From IMG/VR virus record IMGVR_UViG_3300017912_000567, positions 1-50,790 of that record: a DNA stretch of 50,790 nucleotides. The stretch is one strand, 5' to 3'. Position numbers and translations under genes: made by a program. Shown here in pieces: positions 17,801-27,469 of this stretch. The stretch is from a virus (lineage: Duplodnaviria > Caudoviricetes). The notes below the pieces were generated by a model, which was given only the letters and a program-made list of their open reading frames with translations, was not told the DNA's origin and did not search any database. Every line of letters begins with the position of its first letter. Positions within the stretch are counted from its first letter, which is position 1.

Positions 17801-20800
17801 TGATGGCAGCAATACGTCTGCTATCGCTTTAGGTGGGACACTTACAATACAAGGCACATCAAATGAAGTAGAGGTAGGAGAAAGTTCAGGTACAGTTACA
17901 GTAGGCTTACCAAGTGCTACACAAATCACAACATCATTAGGTGTTGGTGGTGGCTCTACCAACGGTGTACAGATATCACAAGGTGCTATTGCAATTAAAA
18001 ATGGTGGTACTAAGTCAAGAGTAGATTTTTATTGTGAATCAAGTAATGCACACTACACAAGATTAGAAGCGGCAGCACACGCATCATATTCAGGTAATCC
18101 AACAGTAACCTTGCCAACAAGCACAGGTACACTTGCTCTTACATCAGATGACATTACAGGTAATGCAGCCACAGCAACCAAGTTAGCTACAGCAAGAACT
18201 ATTGGTGGCACAAGTTTTGACGGAAGTGCAAATATTGCAGTTGCCCTTGCTACTGCAGCAACAACACTGGAAACAGCACGTACCATTCATGGTGTTAGCT
18301 TTGATGGTAGTGCAAACATTGATCTTACAGAGGTAGTACAAGATACAGTAGGTGCAATGTTCAGTAGTAATACTGAAACCAACATAACTGCTACTTATCA
18401 AGACGGAGATGGCACGATTGATCTAGTTGTAGATTCAAGCAGTGCTACCGAAACACTTACCAATAAAACTATCAATGGTTCTAACAACACCATAAGCAAT
18501 ATTGGTAACAGTTCATTATCTAATAGCAGTATTACAGTAACCGATGGTACAAACTCTACAGCGACAGCATTAGGTGGAACGATTACCTTTACAGCAGGTG
18601 AGGGTGTAGATATCACAGAATCAAGTGGCACAATCACGATTGCAGGTGAAGATGCTACAAGTTCAAACAAAGGTATAGCTTCGTTTACAAGCGATTTTTC
18701 AGTAAGTAGTGGTGCAGTATCTCTTGCTAATTCAGGTGTCACTGCAAACAGCTACGGAAGTGCTACAGCTATTCCTGTCATAACAGTTGATGCTAAAGGT
18801 AGATTGACAGCAGTAAGCACTGCAAGTATCTCTACTAGCTTTACTTTATCTGATGGCACAAACACACAAAGTATTTCAGGTGGTGATACTCTTACAGTAT
18901 CAGGTACAAGCAATGAAGTAGATGTTGCTGTAAGTGCGACAGATACATTAACAATAGGATTGCCCAATGATGTAACGATATCAAACAATCTTACTGTTAG
19001 CGGTAACTTAACTGTTACTGGTACAACCACACAGACTGGTTCAGTTGTAACAGATAACAACTTTACAGGTCTTACTAACGCTAATACAGGTAATGCCACA
19101 GACTTTGGTTTCTATGGTAAGTATGTAGAATCAAGCACAACCAAGTATGCAGGTCTTTTCTATGATGCTTCTACTGATAACACCTTTAGATTATTTGTAG
19201 ATACCCAAACAGCACCTAGCACAACAGTCAACACAGGTGCTACAGGATATTCAGCAGCAGATTTAATTATCGGTGGTCTTACAACTACAGGCATAACTAT
19301 TGGCTCAACAGCAGTCACATCAACTCGTGCAGAACTAAACATACTTGATGGTGTAACTTCTAGCACAGCAGAGTTAAACATACTAGACGGAGTTACCTCA
19401 ACTACTGCAGAGTTAAATATTCTTGATGGTGTAACAAGCACAACTGCAGAACTAAATATTTTAGATGGTGTTACATCTACAACTGCTGAACTCAACATAT
19501 TAGATGGTGTAACTGCAACAGCATCAGAGATCAACATTATTGATGGTGATACAAGTGCTACATCAACCACATTAGCTGATGCCGATAGAGTTGTTGTAAA
19601 TGACAATGGCACAATGAAGCAAGTTGCTTTAACTGACTTTGAAACATACTTTGAATCAGCATTAGACACACTTAGCAACGTAACCACAGTTGGTACATTA
19701 GGAACGTTAGCTGTTACTGGTGATGTAACCATAAACACCAACACTTTAAAGGTTGATACTTCTAATAACAGGGTGGGAATCAAAAACGCTTCCCCTGACG
19801 TTACCCTAGATATCGGTAGTGCAACAGATGCGATACACGTACCTGTAGGTACAACAGCACAAAGACCATCTAGCCCTGCAGCAGGTTACTTTAGATATAA
19901 CACCACAACAGGTGGATTTGAAGGTTATACCGATGCTTGGGGTGCAATAGCAGGTGGGGGTGGTGCATCTACCCTCAGTGTCAATACCTATACTGGAGAT
20001 GGTAGTACAACTGCATTTACCCTAAGTCAATCACCTGCATCAGAAGATAACCTAATTGTCTTTATAGAAGGGGTCTATCAAAACCCTAACGATTTTGTTC
20101 TTAATGGCACAACATTAACATTTGATGTTGCACCTGCTAATACACGTAAGATAGTTGCATATCATGTAAGTGCAGCAGTTTCAGGTAACAACCTCAACCA
20201 CGATCAATTCACTGCAGACGGTAGCACTGCAGCATTTACGCTTAGTATTTCACCTATCCATGAAAACAACACACAGGTATTCATAGACGGTGTATACCAA
20301 CAAAAAGATAGCTATGCAGTTTCAGGCACAACGCTAACGCTAGATGCCAACCCTGCTAATGGTGCGAAAGTAGAGGTCATGACCTTTACACAAACTGATG
20401 TAAATACTTTACCTGCATCATTTGTTTCAGGCTTAACAGAAGTAACTGCAGCAAGTACAGATCATATGATGATCTTTGATGCTACAGACAATGCACTTAA
20501 AAAGGCTTTAGTATCAGACGTTATAGAAACTGTTGGGTCTAATCCAACATTTACTACAGCAGCAATAACAAATACTTCTACTGGTGATTCCTTAACGATT
20601 ACAACCACAGAAGATTCAAGCACAGCAGCACCAGTCATCTCGCTAAAAAGAAATTCAGGCTCACCTGCTGATGCAGATTACTTAGGGCAACTTAAATTCA
20701 AAGGTGAGAATGATGCTGACCAAGAAGTAGTTTACGCAAAGATTACTGCAAAGATTGATGATGCTAGTGATGGTACAGAAGATGGCATCATTGAATTTGC

Positions 20801-22070
20801 TAACATCAAAGCAGGTAGCCAAACAATTACTGCAAGGCTTAAATCAGATAAGTTAGAACTACTTAACAGTACAGGCTTAGAAGTAGCAGGACTTACTTAT
20901 CCAACAAGCGATGGTACAAATGGACAAGCCCTTGTTACTGATGGTTCAGGCACTTTATCTTTTGCTGATGCCAGTGGTGGTGTAGATGGCATAAGTTCAA
21001 GTGCAGATGCGACAGCGATTACTATTACAAGTGCTGAAAATGTTGGTATAGGTAGTACAAGTCCATCAGTAGCATTGGAAGTTCATAAAGATGCATCAGG
21101 CTCTCCTGTATTTGAACTTAAAAATACTAATGCAGCAGGTTATAGCGGATTACATTTAAGAAACAACTCAGATGTTCTTGTAGGACATGTTGGATATGGT
21201 AATGCTTCTGTAAGTGGCGCACTTGCAGACGAAGTTTTTTTCGGAAGCATATCAAACACACCAGTTGTATTTACACAGAGTGACTCAGAACGCATGAGGA
21301 TTGCTACTGGTGGAAATATTGGGATTGGCACTTCAAATCCTGATAATAAATTAGTTGTATCTCAAGCAGGTGATGCATATTTTAAAGTAGAAAATACAAG
21401 TGCAAGTAAGTATTTTCAAATTATCACAGGTGGAAGTGGTGCAAGAGTAAGAGCCGATGATTCTTTAATTTTTGACACAGGTTCAAGTCCTTCTGAACGC
21501 ATGAGAATTAATGGTAGTGATGGAGTAGTACTTATAGGTAAAACAGGAACAAACCAAACCACTACAAGTGGACATGAACTCAGTCCTTCTGCCAATGGAA
21601 CAGTACATAGAATGGAGTTCAGTGTTTCTAATAATGAATTTGCTATATACAACAATCATAGTAGCCCTTCTGGAACTGCTAGTTTGTCTTTTAGATACAA
21701 TAATTCACAAAAAGGCTCTATTGGTCTTACATCAACAGGAGTTTCATTTAACGTAACTTCAGACTACAGACTGAAAGAAAATGTAGACTATTCATGGGAT
21801 GCCACAACAAGACTTAAACAACTTAAACCTTGCAGATTTAATTGGATATCTGATGATTCAAATACTTTAGAAGATGGTTTCTTAGCACATGAAGTTTCAA
21901 GTGTAGTACCAAACGCAGTAGAAGGCACAAAAGATGATGTGTATGACAGCGAACATGAATTAGCAGGAGAAGCTAAATATCAACAAGTTGATAATTCTAA
22001 ATTAATACCTTTACTTGTAAAAACCATACAAGAACTAGAAGCGAGAATAGAAACATTGGAGAACGCATAA
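14823..22070 (+). CDS. Giant repetitive fibre protein with C-terminal intramolecular chaperone (peptidase S74)
   Basis: 2415 aa, T/S/G/D-rich repeats, ERMRI repeats, C-terminal SDYRLKENV...GFLAHEV...LLVKTIQELEARIE. Confidence 0.9.
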   Translation: MAISKVTVSDNDTINTVEVADTNAITVVTVGTQGPEGPNTILGASVANAYPVGSTDDGAGLIYDHANTRWLATTNSLANSLNFKIPNLTFNSGQTVSSILDEDNMGSDSNTALATQQSIKAYVNSQIAGVDLDFQGDTGGALSIVLGSETLTVAGGTGIDTVGSGNSLTVAIDSTVATLTGTQTLTNKTLTAPILNTVDINGGDISSATTINKSPTITLAGDLSGNVTLTNLGDATLTATVVNNGVALGTDTTGNYVAEISAGEGIDVSGSGSETATVTISAEDATDSNKGIASFDATDFSVSSGAVTIQTERIQDIVGAMVSSNTESGIAVTYDDTNGKLDFDAEDFVISLAGDLGGSVTITNLASATLTATIQANSVALGTDTTGNYLATLAASNSGIDVANSGSESAAVTVGLNTEYVQDLVGGMVSSNTESGIAVTYDDTNGKLDFNVSDPVITLSGDVAGSGTLTNLGDLTITTTIQANSVALGTDTTGNYIATATAGEGIDISGSGSESAAITISAEDATDSNKGIASFDSTDFTVSSGAVTVNAERVQDIVGAMVTSNTESGITVEYQDSDGTLDFTIGTLNQDTTGNAATATALETARTIGGVSFDGTANIDLAGVNTTGNQDTTGNSATTTALATARTIHGVSFDGTANIDLTEVVQDTVGGMFSSNTETGITATYQDSDGTIDLVVGTLNQDTTGNAATATALETARTIALSGDVTASGVSFDGTGNITLSTTIGANSVALGTDTTGNYVATIAGTTNEIEVSGSGSESATVTIGLPSDVTIGNDLTVTGDLTVNGTTTTVATTNMVVSDNLIELNNGASSNANDSGIVIERGSTGDNAIIMWDESADKFTVGTTTATGASTGNLTVTTGTLVANIEGNVTGNVTGNVTGDLTGNADTATALETARTIHGVSFDGSANIDLSEVIQDTVGAMFSSNTETGLSATYQDGDGTIDLVVGSGDITNAMLAGSIANAKLANSSVTISDGSNTSAIALGGTLTIQGTSNEVEVGESSGTVTVGLPSATQITTSLGVGGGSTNGVQISQGAIAIKNGGTKSRVDFYCESSNAHYTRLEAAAHASYSGNPTVTLPTSTGTLALTSDDITGNAATATKLATARTIGGTSFDGSANIAVALATAATTLETARTIHGVSFDGSANIDLTEVVQDTVGAMFSSNTETNITATYQDGDGTIDLVVDSSSATETLTNKTINGSNNTISNIGNSSLSNSSITVTDGTNSTATALGGTITFTAGEGVDITESSGTITIAGEDATSSNKGIASFTSDFSVSSGAVSLANSGVTANSYGSATAIPVITVDAKGRLTAVSTASISTSFTLSDGTNTQSISGGDTLTVSGTSNEVDVAVSATDTLTIGLPNDVTISNNLTVSGNLTVTGTTTQTGSVVTDNNFTGLTNANTGNATDFGFYGKYVESSTTKYAGLFYDASTDNTFRLFVDTQTAPSTTVNTGATGYSAADLIIGGLTTTGITIGSTAVTSTRAELNILDGVTSSTAELNILDGVTSTTAELNILDGVTSTTAELNILDGVTSTTAELNILDGVTATASEINIIDGDTSATSTTLADADRVVVNDNGTMKQVALTDFETYFESALDTLSNVTTVGTLGTLAVTGDVTINTNTLKVDTSNNRVGIKNASPDVTLDIGSATDAIHVPVGTTAQRPSSPAAGYFRYNTTTGGFEGYTDAWGAIAGGGGASTLSVNTYTGDGSTTAFTLSQSPASEDNLIVFIEGVYQNPNDFVLNGTTLTFDVAPANTRKIVAYHVSAAVSGNNLNHDQFTADGSTAAFTLSISPIHENNTQVFIDGVYQQKDSYAVSGTTLTLDANPANGAKVEVMTFTQTDVNTLPASFVSGLTEVTAASTDHMMIFDATDNALKKALVSDVIETVGSNPTFTTAAITNTSTGDSLTITTTEDSSTAAPVISLKRNSGSPADADYLGQLKFKGENDADQEVVYAKITAKIDDASDGTEDGIIEFANIKAGSQTITARLKSDKLELLNSTGLEVAGLTYPTSDGTNGQALVTDGSGTLSFADASGGVDGISSSADATAITITSAENVGIGSTSPSVALEVHKDASGSPVFELKNTNAAGYSGLHLRNNSDVLVGHVGYGNASVSGALADEVFFGSISNTPVVFTQSDSERMRIATGGNIGIGTSNPDNKLVVSQAGDAYFKVENTSASKYFQIITGGSGARVRADDSLIFDTGSSPSERMRINGSDGVVLIGKTGTNQTTTSGHELSPSANGTVHRMEFSVSNNEFAIYNNHSSPSGTASLSFRYNNSQKGSIGLTSTGVSFNVTSDYRLKENVDYSWDATTRLKQLKPCRFNWISDDSNTLEDGFLAHEVSSVVPNAVEGTKDDVYDSEHELAGEAKYQQVDNSKLIPLLVKTIQELEARIETLENA
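19314..19547 (+). repeat. Six tandem 39-nt units encoding VTSTTAELNILDG
   Basis: Units begin at 19314, 19353, 19392, 19431, 19470, 19509, with synonymous divergence. Confidence 0.92.
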
Positions 22071-22071
22071 G

Positions 22072-23466
22072 ATGGCAAACACAAAAGTTACATCAAGAGT
22101 TTTAGCTGACGATGCAGTTAATATAAGTAATATAAATACAGTTGATGGTAATGGTGGTGCAAGTAGCCCTAGTGCTGATGGACAAGCATTGGTCGCTAAA
22201 GCTGATACTGTTGGCTATTACCTAGATTGGGCAACTATTTCAGGCACAACCATAAACAATAATGCTGATAATAGAGTTATAACAGGTAGTGGTACAGCTA
22301 ATACACTTAATGGTGAATCAAATTTAGTATTTGATGGTACTAATTTAGGTGTAGGCACTTCAAGTCCTGTAGCACCTGTAACAATTAATGACAAAGCAAC
22401 ATTTTCATTTAATGTAAATGATGCTGTTTATGGCAATAATCTTTACTATGACGGAGCAGGTAACGATAGATGGGAAAGGTTATCAGGTAATGCAGGTGGT
22501 GCTTACTATCAAACTGCAGGTGCGCATATTTGGTATAGAACTGCAGCAGGTGGTGCAACAGGTGATGCTGTAACCCCAACTGAGTCTATGAGGATTACTA
22601 ATGCAGGAAACGTGGGGATTGGTACCTCAACGCCAAACTCATACAGTAATGTAACCACATTAACAATTAATGGTACTGTTCAAGGTAGACTAGATGTTGA
22701 ATATGGCGGTACGCATGGTGGTTCATTCTTAGCTGTGTCAGGAGAAACACAAGTAAAAGCAGTTGGTGCTTCTAATGTTATGACTTTTGAAGTTAATAAT
22801 GCAGAACGCATGAGGATTGATACTGATGGTTGTTTGCTTATAAATAAAACCGCAAAAACTGTATCATCATCAAAATTTGAAGTTGATAGCAACGCAAGAA
22901 TAGGCAACATATTTTTGCAAGGAGATAGTTCAAACAGTAAGTTGATTGCAGGTAATGCCGAAGTAAGACTAAGCTCCCTTGAATTTAGAGGGGGTGGTTC
23001 AGGATTAGATTTTGATGTAACACTTATAAAAACAGGTGTGGGTTTTACAAATATGTTCAAGGTTGATTCACCTTCAGGAGATACTTTTACAAACGATGGC
23101 ACAATATCATCTTTATCTGATGAAAGAATTAAAACTGATATTAATGATTTAACTGATGGCTTAGACATAGTAAAACAATTAAGACCTGTTACTTTTAAAT
23201 ACAACGACACCACAGAAGATGAAGAGGGTAAAAAGGAACTAGGTACTGCTGATGATACAGTTAGATATGGTTTTATTGCACAAGAAGTAGAAGCAGTTGC
23301 ACCACAATACGTAGAAACATCAACTAGAAAAATTAATAATGAAGAAGTAGATGATTTTAAGTCTTTATCAACAACAAGAATGATACCTATGTTGTTTAAG
23401 GCAATTCAAGAACAACAAACAATCATTGATGATCTAAAGTCAAGAATAGAAACATTAGAGGGCTAG
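22072..23466 (+). CDS. Second fibre/spike protein with S74 chaperone
   Basis: MRITNAGNVGIGT repeats; SDERIKTDI...GFIAQEV...KAIQEQQ. Confidence 0.88.
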   Translation: MANTKVTSRVLADDAVNISNINTVDGNGGASSPSADGQALVAKADTVGYYLDWATISGTTINNNADNRVITGSGTANTLNGESNLVFDGTNLGVGTSSPVAPVTINDKATFSFNVNDAVYGNNLYYDGAGNDRWERLSGNAGGAYYQTAGAHIWYRTAAGGATGDAVTPTESMRITNAGNVGIGTSTPNSYSNVTTLTINGTVQGRLDVEYGGTHGGSFLAVSGETQVKAVGASNVMTFEVNNAERMRIDTDGCLLINKTAKTVSSSKFEVDSNARIGNIFLQGDSSNSKLIAGNAEVRLSSLEFRGGGSGLDFDVTLIKTGVGFTNMFKVDSPSGDTFTNDGTISSLSDERIKTDINDLTDGLDIVKQLRPVTFKYNDTTEDEEGKKELGTADDTVRYGFIAQEVEAVAPQYVETSTRKINNEEVDDFKSLSTTRMIPMLFKAIQEQQTIIDDLKSRIETLEG

Positions 23467-23467
23467 T

Positions 23468-23944
23468 ATGGGAAACACAACAATACCAAGTGAACTACTT
23501 TCTGATTCTGCAGTTAGCACAGCAAAGATTGCAGACGATGCAGTTACAGATGCAAAACTTGCCCATGCTATAACTTTTGTTACCTCTGCTACAGCACCCC
23601 TCATGGTATCCACAACAAGTGCAAGAATTACACAAGTAGCATTGACATCAAGTTCTAATGCTGTGGCTTGGGATGCGGCAGCAGCAGCAAACGCATATCA
23701 TCTGACTACAGAGAACACTACCTTTTCTGCACCAAGTAATGCAGTAGAAGGTGCAATAATTACTGTAGAGATAGCACAAGGTGGTACAGCAAGAACGATT
23801 GCTTGGAATACTGTATTTGAATTTGCAGCTTCAACTGCACCTACAGTGACAGCAACAGCAAACAAAACAGATATTTTTTCATTCAGATACAATGGTTCTG
23901 TATGGCAAGAAATAGGTAGGGTGCAAAATCTAGCACAAACTTAA
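23468..23944 (+). CDS. Fibre-associated structural protein
   Basis: AVSTAKIADDAVTDAKLA repeat and a beta-rich C-terminal domain. Confidence 0.65.
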   Translation: MGNTTIPSELLSDSAVSTAKIADDAVTDAKLAHAITFVTSATAPLMVSTTSARITQVALTSSSNAVAWDAAAAANAYHLTTENTTFSAPSNAVEGAIITVEIAQGGTARTIAWNTVFEFAASTAPTVTATANKTDIFSFRYNGSVWQEIGRVQNLAQT

Positions 23945-23945
23945 C

Positions 23946-25388
23946 ATGGAATCTTTAGCAAGATCAGCAAACAGAGGAAGTGTATCAACTGGTTATGACA
24001 TAGATAACTCTTTAAAGTTAGAAGCTGATAACACAGAGTATCTTAGTAGAACACCTAGTTCAGCAGGAAATAGAAAAACTTGGACATTAAGTTGTTGGGT
24101 TAAAAGAACTGAACTAACAGCAGATTCAAACAGTGCAGGTAATCAGCATATGATATTAAGTGCTGGAGATACTTACATACAGTTTGATGGTAATGCTATA
24201 TGGGCTAATTTTAGAGCTTCTAGTGTTAATTATTTTTTAGCTACAAATAGATTATTTAGAGATACCTCTGCTTGGTATCATATTGTTTTAATATGTGACA
24301 CTACAGAATCAACAGCATCAAATAGAGCAAAACTTTATATTAATGGTGTACAAGAAACTTCATTGCAAAATAGCACTTATGACAATATGTCACAAAATTA
24401 TGACACTCTTATGAATAGCACTAATGAGCATGAAGTCGGTAAATATTCTAATGAAGAAACTACTTATGCAAACTTTTTCAGTGGATACATAGCAGAAATG
24501 CATTTAGTTGATGGAACTGCATTAGCACCTACAGACTTTGGTAAAACTGATGATAGTGGTATTTGGAAACCTAAACAATATACAGGCTCACATGGTACTA
24601 ATGGATTTTATTTAGACTTTGAAGATTCTTCAAGTCTTGGTGCAGATGCAAGTGCTAACAGTAATAATTTTAGTTTAACTAACATAGCAGCAGCAGATCA
24701 AGCCACAGATACACCTACCAATAATTTTTGTGTTTTAAATGCTAATCATAGGGGTAATTATTTTAAAGCACCAACAGAAGGTGGTACTTACATTCCAATG
24801 AACGGTGTGAATCAAGATGCTGCATATGCAGGAACAATAGGAGTCACACAAGGTAAGTGGTATTACGAAACCTATATAGATATGCGTAGTTCTACTTATG
24901 GTTTAACTGTGTATGTCGGATATCATACCTTTCAAGATAAGTATAGGGATAATGCATATTGGTCTAGTACAGACCAAGAAAGTTTTGCAGGATATCTAAT
25001 GCATGGTGGTAATTACTATTCATGGGATTCAGGTAGCAGAGTTTTAGATTCAAGTTTAGGTGGTCTTGGTACATCACAAGTTGGTCAGTTTTTTGGAGTT
25101 GCTTTAAATCTAGACGATAATCAAATTAGCTTTTATGTTAATGGTAGTGCTATAAGTAACGCATCTAATCTAGCACTTAATGATTTAGGTGATGAAACTG
25201 ATACTGGTATTTTTGCATTACCTGCCATAAGTGTTTATGACAACAATCATACAGTTAATTTTGGTGGTTATACAAAAGCTACAATTAGTTCAGCACAAAC
25301 AGATGCTAATGGATACGGTACTTTTGAACACGAACCACCTTCAGGATATTATGCATTGTGTTCTAAAAACTTAGCGGAGTTTGGATAA
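23946..25388 (+). CDS. LamG/concanavalin-A lectin-like plus SPRY-like domain virion protein
   Basis: KTWTLSCWVKR, RDTSAWYHIV, KLYINGVQ, GKWYYE, NFGG...PPSGYYALC. Confidence 0.8.
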   Translation: MESLARSANRGSVSTGYDIDNSLKLEADNTEYLSRTPSSAGNRKTWTLSCWVKRTELTADSNSAGNQHMILSAGDTYIQFDGNAIWANFRASSVNYFLATNRLFRDTSAWYHIVLICDTTESTASNRAKLYINGVQETSLQNSTYDNMSQNYDTLMNSTNEHEVGKYSNEETTYANFFSGYIAEMHLVDGTALAPTDFGKTDDSGIWKPKQYTGSHGTNGFYLDFEDSSSLGADASANSNNFSLTNIAAADQATDTPTNNFCVLNANHRGNYFKAPTEGGTYIPMNGVNQDAAYAGTIGVTQGKWYYETYIDMRSSTYGLTVYVGYHTFQDKYRDNAYWSSTDQESFAGYLMHGGNYYSWDSGSRVLDSSLGGLGTSQVGQFFGVALNLDDNQISFYVNGSAISNASNLALNDLGDETDTGIFALPAISVYDNNHTVNFGGYTKATISSAQTDANGYGTFEHEPPSGYYALCSKNLAEFG

Positions 25389-26446
25389 TGGCTTATACAA
25401 CAATAGATGACCCTTCAGCACATTTTCAGATTGCTACATACAGTGGTAGTGGTGGTACTGGTGGTCATGCCATTGTTAATAATGGTAATTCAGATTTACA
25501 ACCTGATGTAGTTTGGATAAAACAAAGAACCGTTGCTAGTGACCATAGACTTATGGATAGTACACGTGGTGGTAATAAGATGCTTGAGCCTAATACGACA
25601 GAAGTAGAAGCCACTTATGGATATATACAAAGTTTTGATACTGATGGTTTTACTTTGGGATATTCTGATACTAGCTTTGATGGATATGGTAGAACATATG
25701 TTGCTTATCAATGGAAGGCTAACGGTGGTACAACAAGCACAAATACTGATGGTTCAATTACTAGCACAGTACAAGCAAATCAAGATGCAGGTTTCAGTAT
25801 TGTTACTTACACAGGAACAGGTGCTAATGCAACAATAGGACACGGACTTGGTGCTAAACCTGCATTTATCTTAACTAGATCAAGAACTATAGTTCGTGAT
25901 TGGATTGTTAGACATCATAGAAGTTCTGCAGCAGCATCTTATTATGCATGGGATTTTAATAACACAGGTAGTGGATTAACGAGTGGGGTACATTGGACTA
26001 CAACAGAACCAACAACAAGTGTTTTTTCTGTTGGAACTGCTTCAAATACGAATCAGAATACAAATACATTTGTAGCTTTTTGTTTTGCTGAAGTTAAAGG
26101 ATTTTCAATGTTTGGAACATATAGAGGTAATAATTCTGCCAATGGACCATTTGTTTATACAGGATTTAAACCTGCATTTTTAATTGTAAAAAAAGGTGGT
26201 CAAGATTGGATACTTTATGATGCAGCTAGAGAGCCAACAAATCATATGTATAGATATCTCAAGGTTGGCAGTGATGCTGCTGAAAACGCAACATCATCAA
26301 GTTCAGAAATAGATTTTTTGAGTAATGGGTTTAAATTAAGGGAAGGTAATTCACACACAAATGCATCAGGAAGTAGATATCAATACTATGCATTTGCTGA
26401 AAACCCATTCATAACTTCAACAGGAATACCAACAACAGCAAGATAG
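25388..26446 (+). CDS. Beta-rich virion protein of the kind that accompanies LamG fibre genes
   Basis: QPDVVWIKQR, AGFSIVTYTG, GHGLG, GPFVYTGFKPAF, IDFLSNGFKLR, YYAFAENP. Confidence 0.75.
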   Translation: MAYTTIDDPSAHFQIATYSGSGGTGGHAIVNNGNSDLQPDVVWIKQRTVASDHRLMDSTRGGNKMLEPNTTEVEATYGYIQSFDTDGFTLGYSDTSFDGYGRTYVAYQWKANGGTTSTNTDGSITSTVQANQDAGFSIVTYTGTGANATIGHGLGAKPAFILTRSRTIVRDWIVRHHRSSAAASYYAWDFNNTGSGLTSGVHWTTTEPTTSVFSVGTASNTNQNTNTFVAFCFAEVKGFSMFGTYRGNNSANGPFVYTGFKPAFLIVKKGGQDWILYDAAREPTNHMYRYLKVGSDAAENATSSSSEIDFLSNGFKLREGNSHTNASGSRYQYYAFAENPFITSTGIPTTAR

Positions 26447-26461
26447 AGGTATAATCAATTT

Positions 26462-27019
26462 ATGTGGGCATTAGTACAAGATAATCAAATACAAAAAGTT
26501 TTTATAAGACCAACAGCATTTACTATTGGTGATATAAATTATCCACAAAATGTTATGTCATCTTGGTCTGCAACTGAACTGAAAGATATAGGTATATATG
26601 AAGTTGCAGTAGACAATTCTAATTTTAAAGATAAATACTACTACATAAATACAAATCAAACTTTTACTTTTGCAAATGATGTTGTTACAGCAACCTATGG
26701 TGAAGCTACAGCTAAGTCTTTAGATGATGTCAACAATGAAGATGGTACTATCAGTAGGGGTTTAAAATATAATCATAAACGAGATATCAATGCAGAAGCT
26801 AACGGTATACTGATGGCTACTGATTGGTATGTAATTAGAGAAGCAGATGGTGGTACTGAAGTGCCTACAGATATAAATAATCATAGAACAGCAGTAAGAA
26901 CTAAAGCTAATGAGATGTGCAGTTTAATAGATGGTGTTGCAAATGTTGATGCACTTGCAGCACTTTATGTGTATGATGAAGATGGAAATAGACCGTTAGG
27001 TGAGTTTCCAACTTTATAA
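26462..27019 (+). CDS. Fibre assembly/chaperone-like protein
   Basis: TDWYVIR...RTAVR motif resembles tail-fibre assembly proteins. Confidence 0.55.
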   Translation: MWALVQDNQIQKVFIRPTAFTIGDINYPQNVMSSWSATELKDIGIYEVAVDNSNFKDKYYYINTNQTFTFANDVVTATYGEATAKSLDDVNNEDGTISRGLKYNHKRDINAEANGILMATDWYVIREADGGTEVPTDINNHRTAVRTKANEMCSLIDGVANVDALAALYVYDEDGNRPLGEFPTL

Positions 27020-27036
27020 AATAACGGAGTGAAATT

Positions 27037-27306
27037 ATGGCAGAAGCTAAAGACGAGAGAACGCTTGTCGTAGATGATAAAACTTACAATGTAAGTGATT
27101 TCAACGAAGAACAAGTGCAAATGTACAACAAACTTTCAGTGATTGATGGTCTGTTAGCTAATAACAACGATGCTCTTATCAAGCAAAGTGTTTTGGTTGA
27201 AGGACTACAAAAGCAAAAAGCTGAACAGTTTGCACTATTGATGGATACTTTAGATGCAAAAAAAGAAGAGCCAAAAGACGAAGGAAACAGCAAAAAATCC
27301 AACTAA
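27037..27306 (+). CDS. Hypothetical coiled-coil protein
   Basis: GGAG RBS, 89 aa. Confidence 0.7.
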   Translation: MAEAKDERTLVVDDKTYNVSDFNEEQVQMYNKLSVIDGLLANNNDALIKQSVLVEGLQKQKAEQFALLMDTLDAKKEEPKDEGNSKKSN

Positions 27307-27469
27307 CGTCAGTGCTTTAGAGTTGCATGAACAAATTTGTGCAATTCGTTACGAAAACATAGAAAAACGCATGGAGTCAGGCTCTAAGCGATTTGTTCGT
27401 ATGGAAGGCATGATTATTGGCTTATACGGTACGATCATAGGTATCTACATATTAGAGAGGTTATTCTAA
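27254..27469 (+). CDS. Small protein with C-terminal transmembrane segment
   Basis: HEQICAIRY...MIIGLYGTIIGIYIL. Stop is coupled to the next ATG. Confidence 0.6.
   Translation: MQKKKSQKTKETAKNPTNVSALELHEQICAIRYENIEKRMESGSKRFVRMEGMIIGLYGTIIGIYILERLF

Noticed and set aside
19314-19547. CRISPR-like array
   Set aside because: The units are in-frame coding repeats with synonymous variation and no unique spacers; no cas genes.
21286-22820. Diversity-generating retroelement TR/VR pair (CAGAACGCATGAGGATTG shared by both fibre genes)
   Set aside because: It is a short ERMRI coding motif with no adenine-specific mismatch tract, and no reverse transcriptase is present.
15224-23213. Long minus-strand ORFs (e.g. 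17096-17962, 19160-19783, 22680-23213)
   Set aside because: Antisense shadows of Thr/Ser/Gly-rich fibre codons, with no RBS or recognisable motifs.
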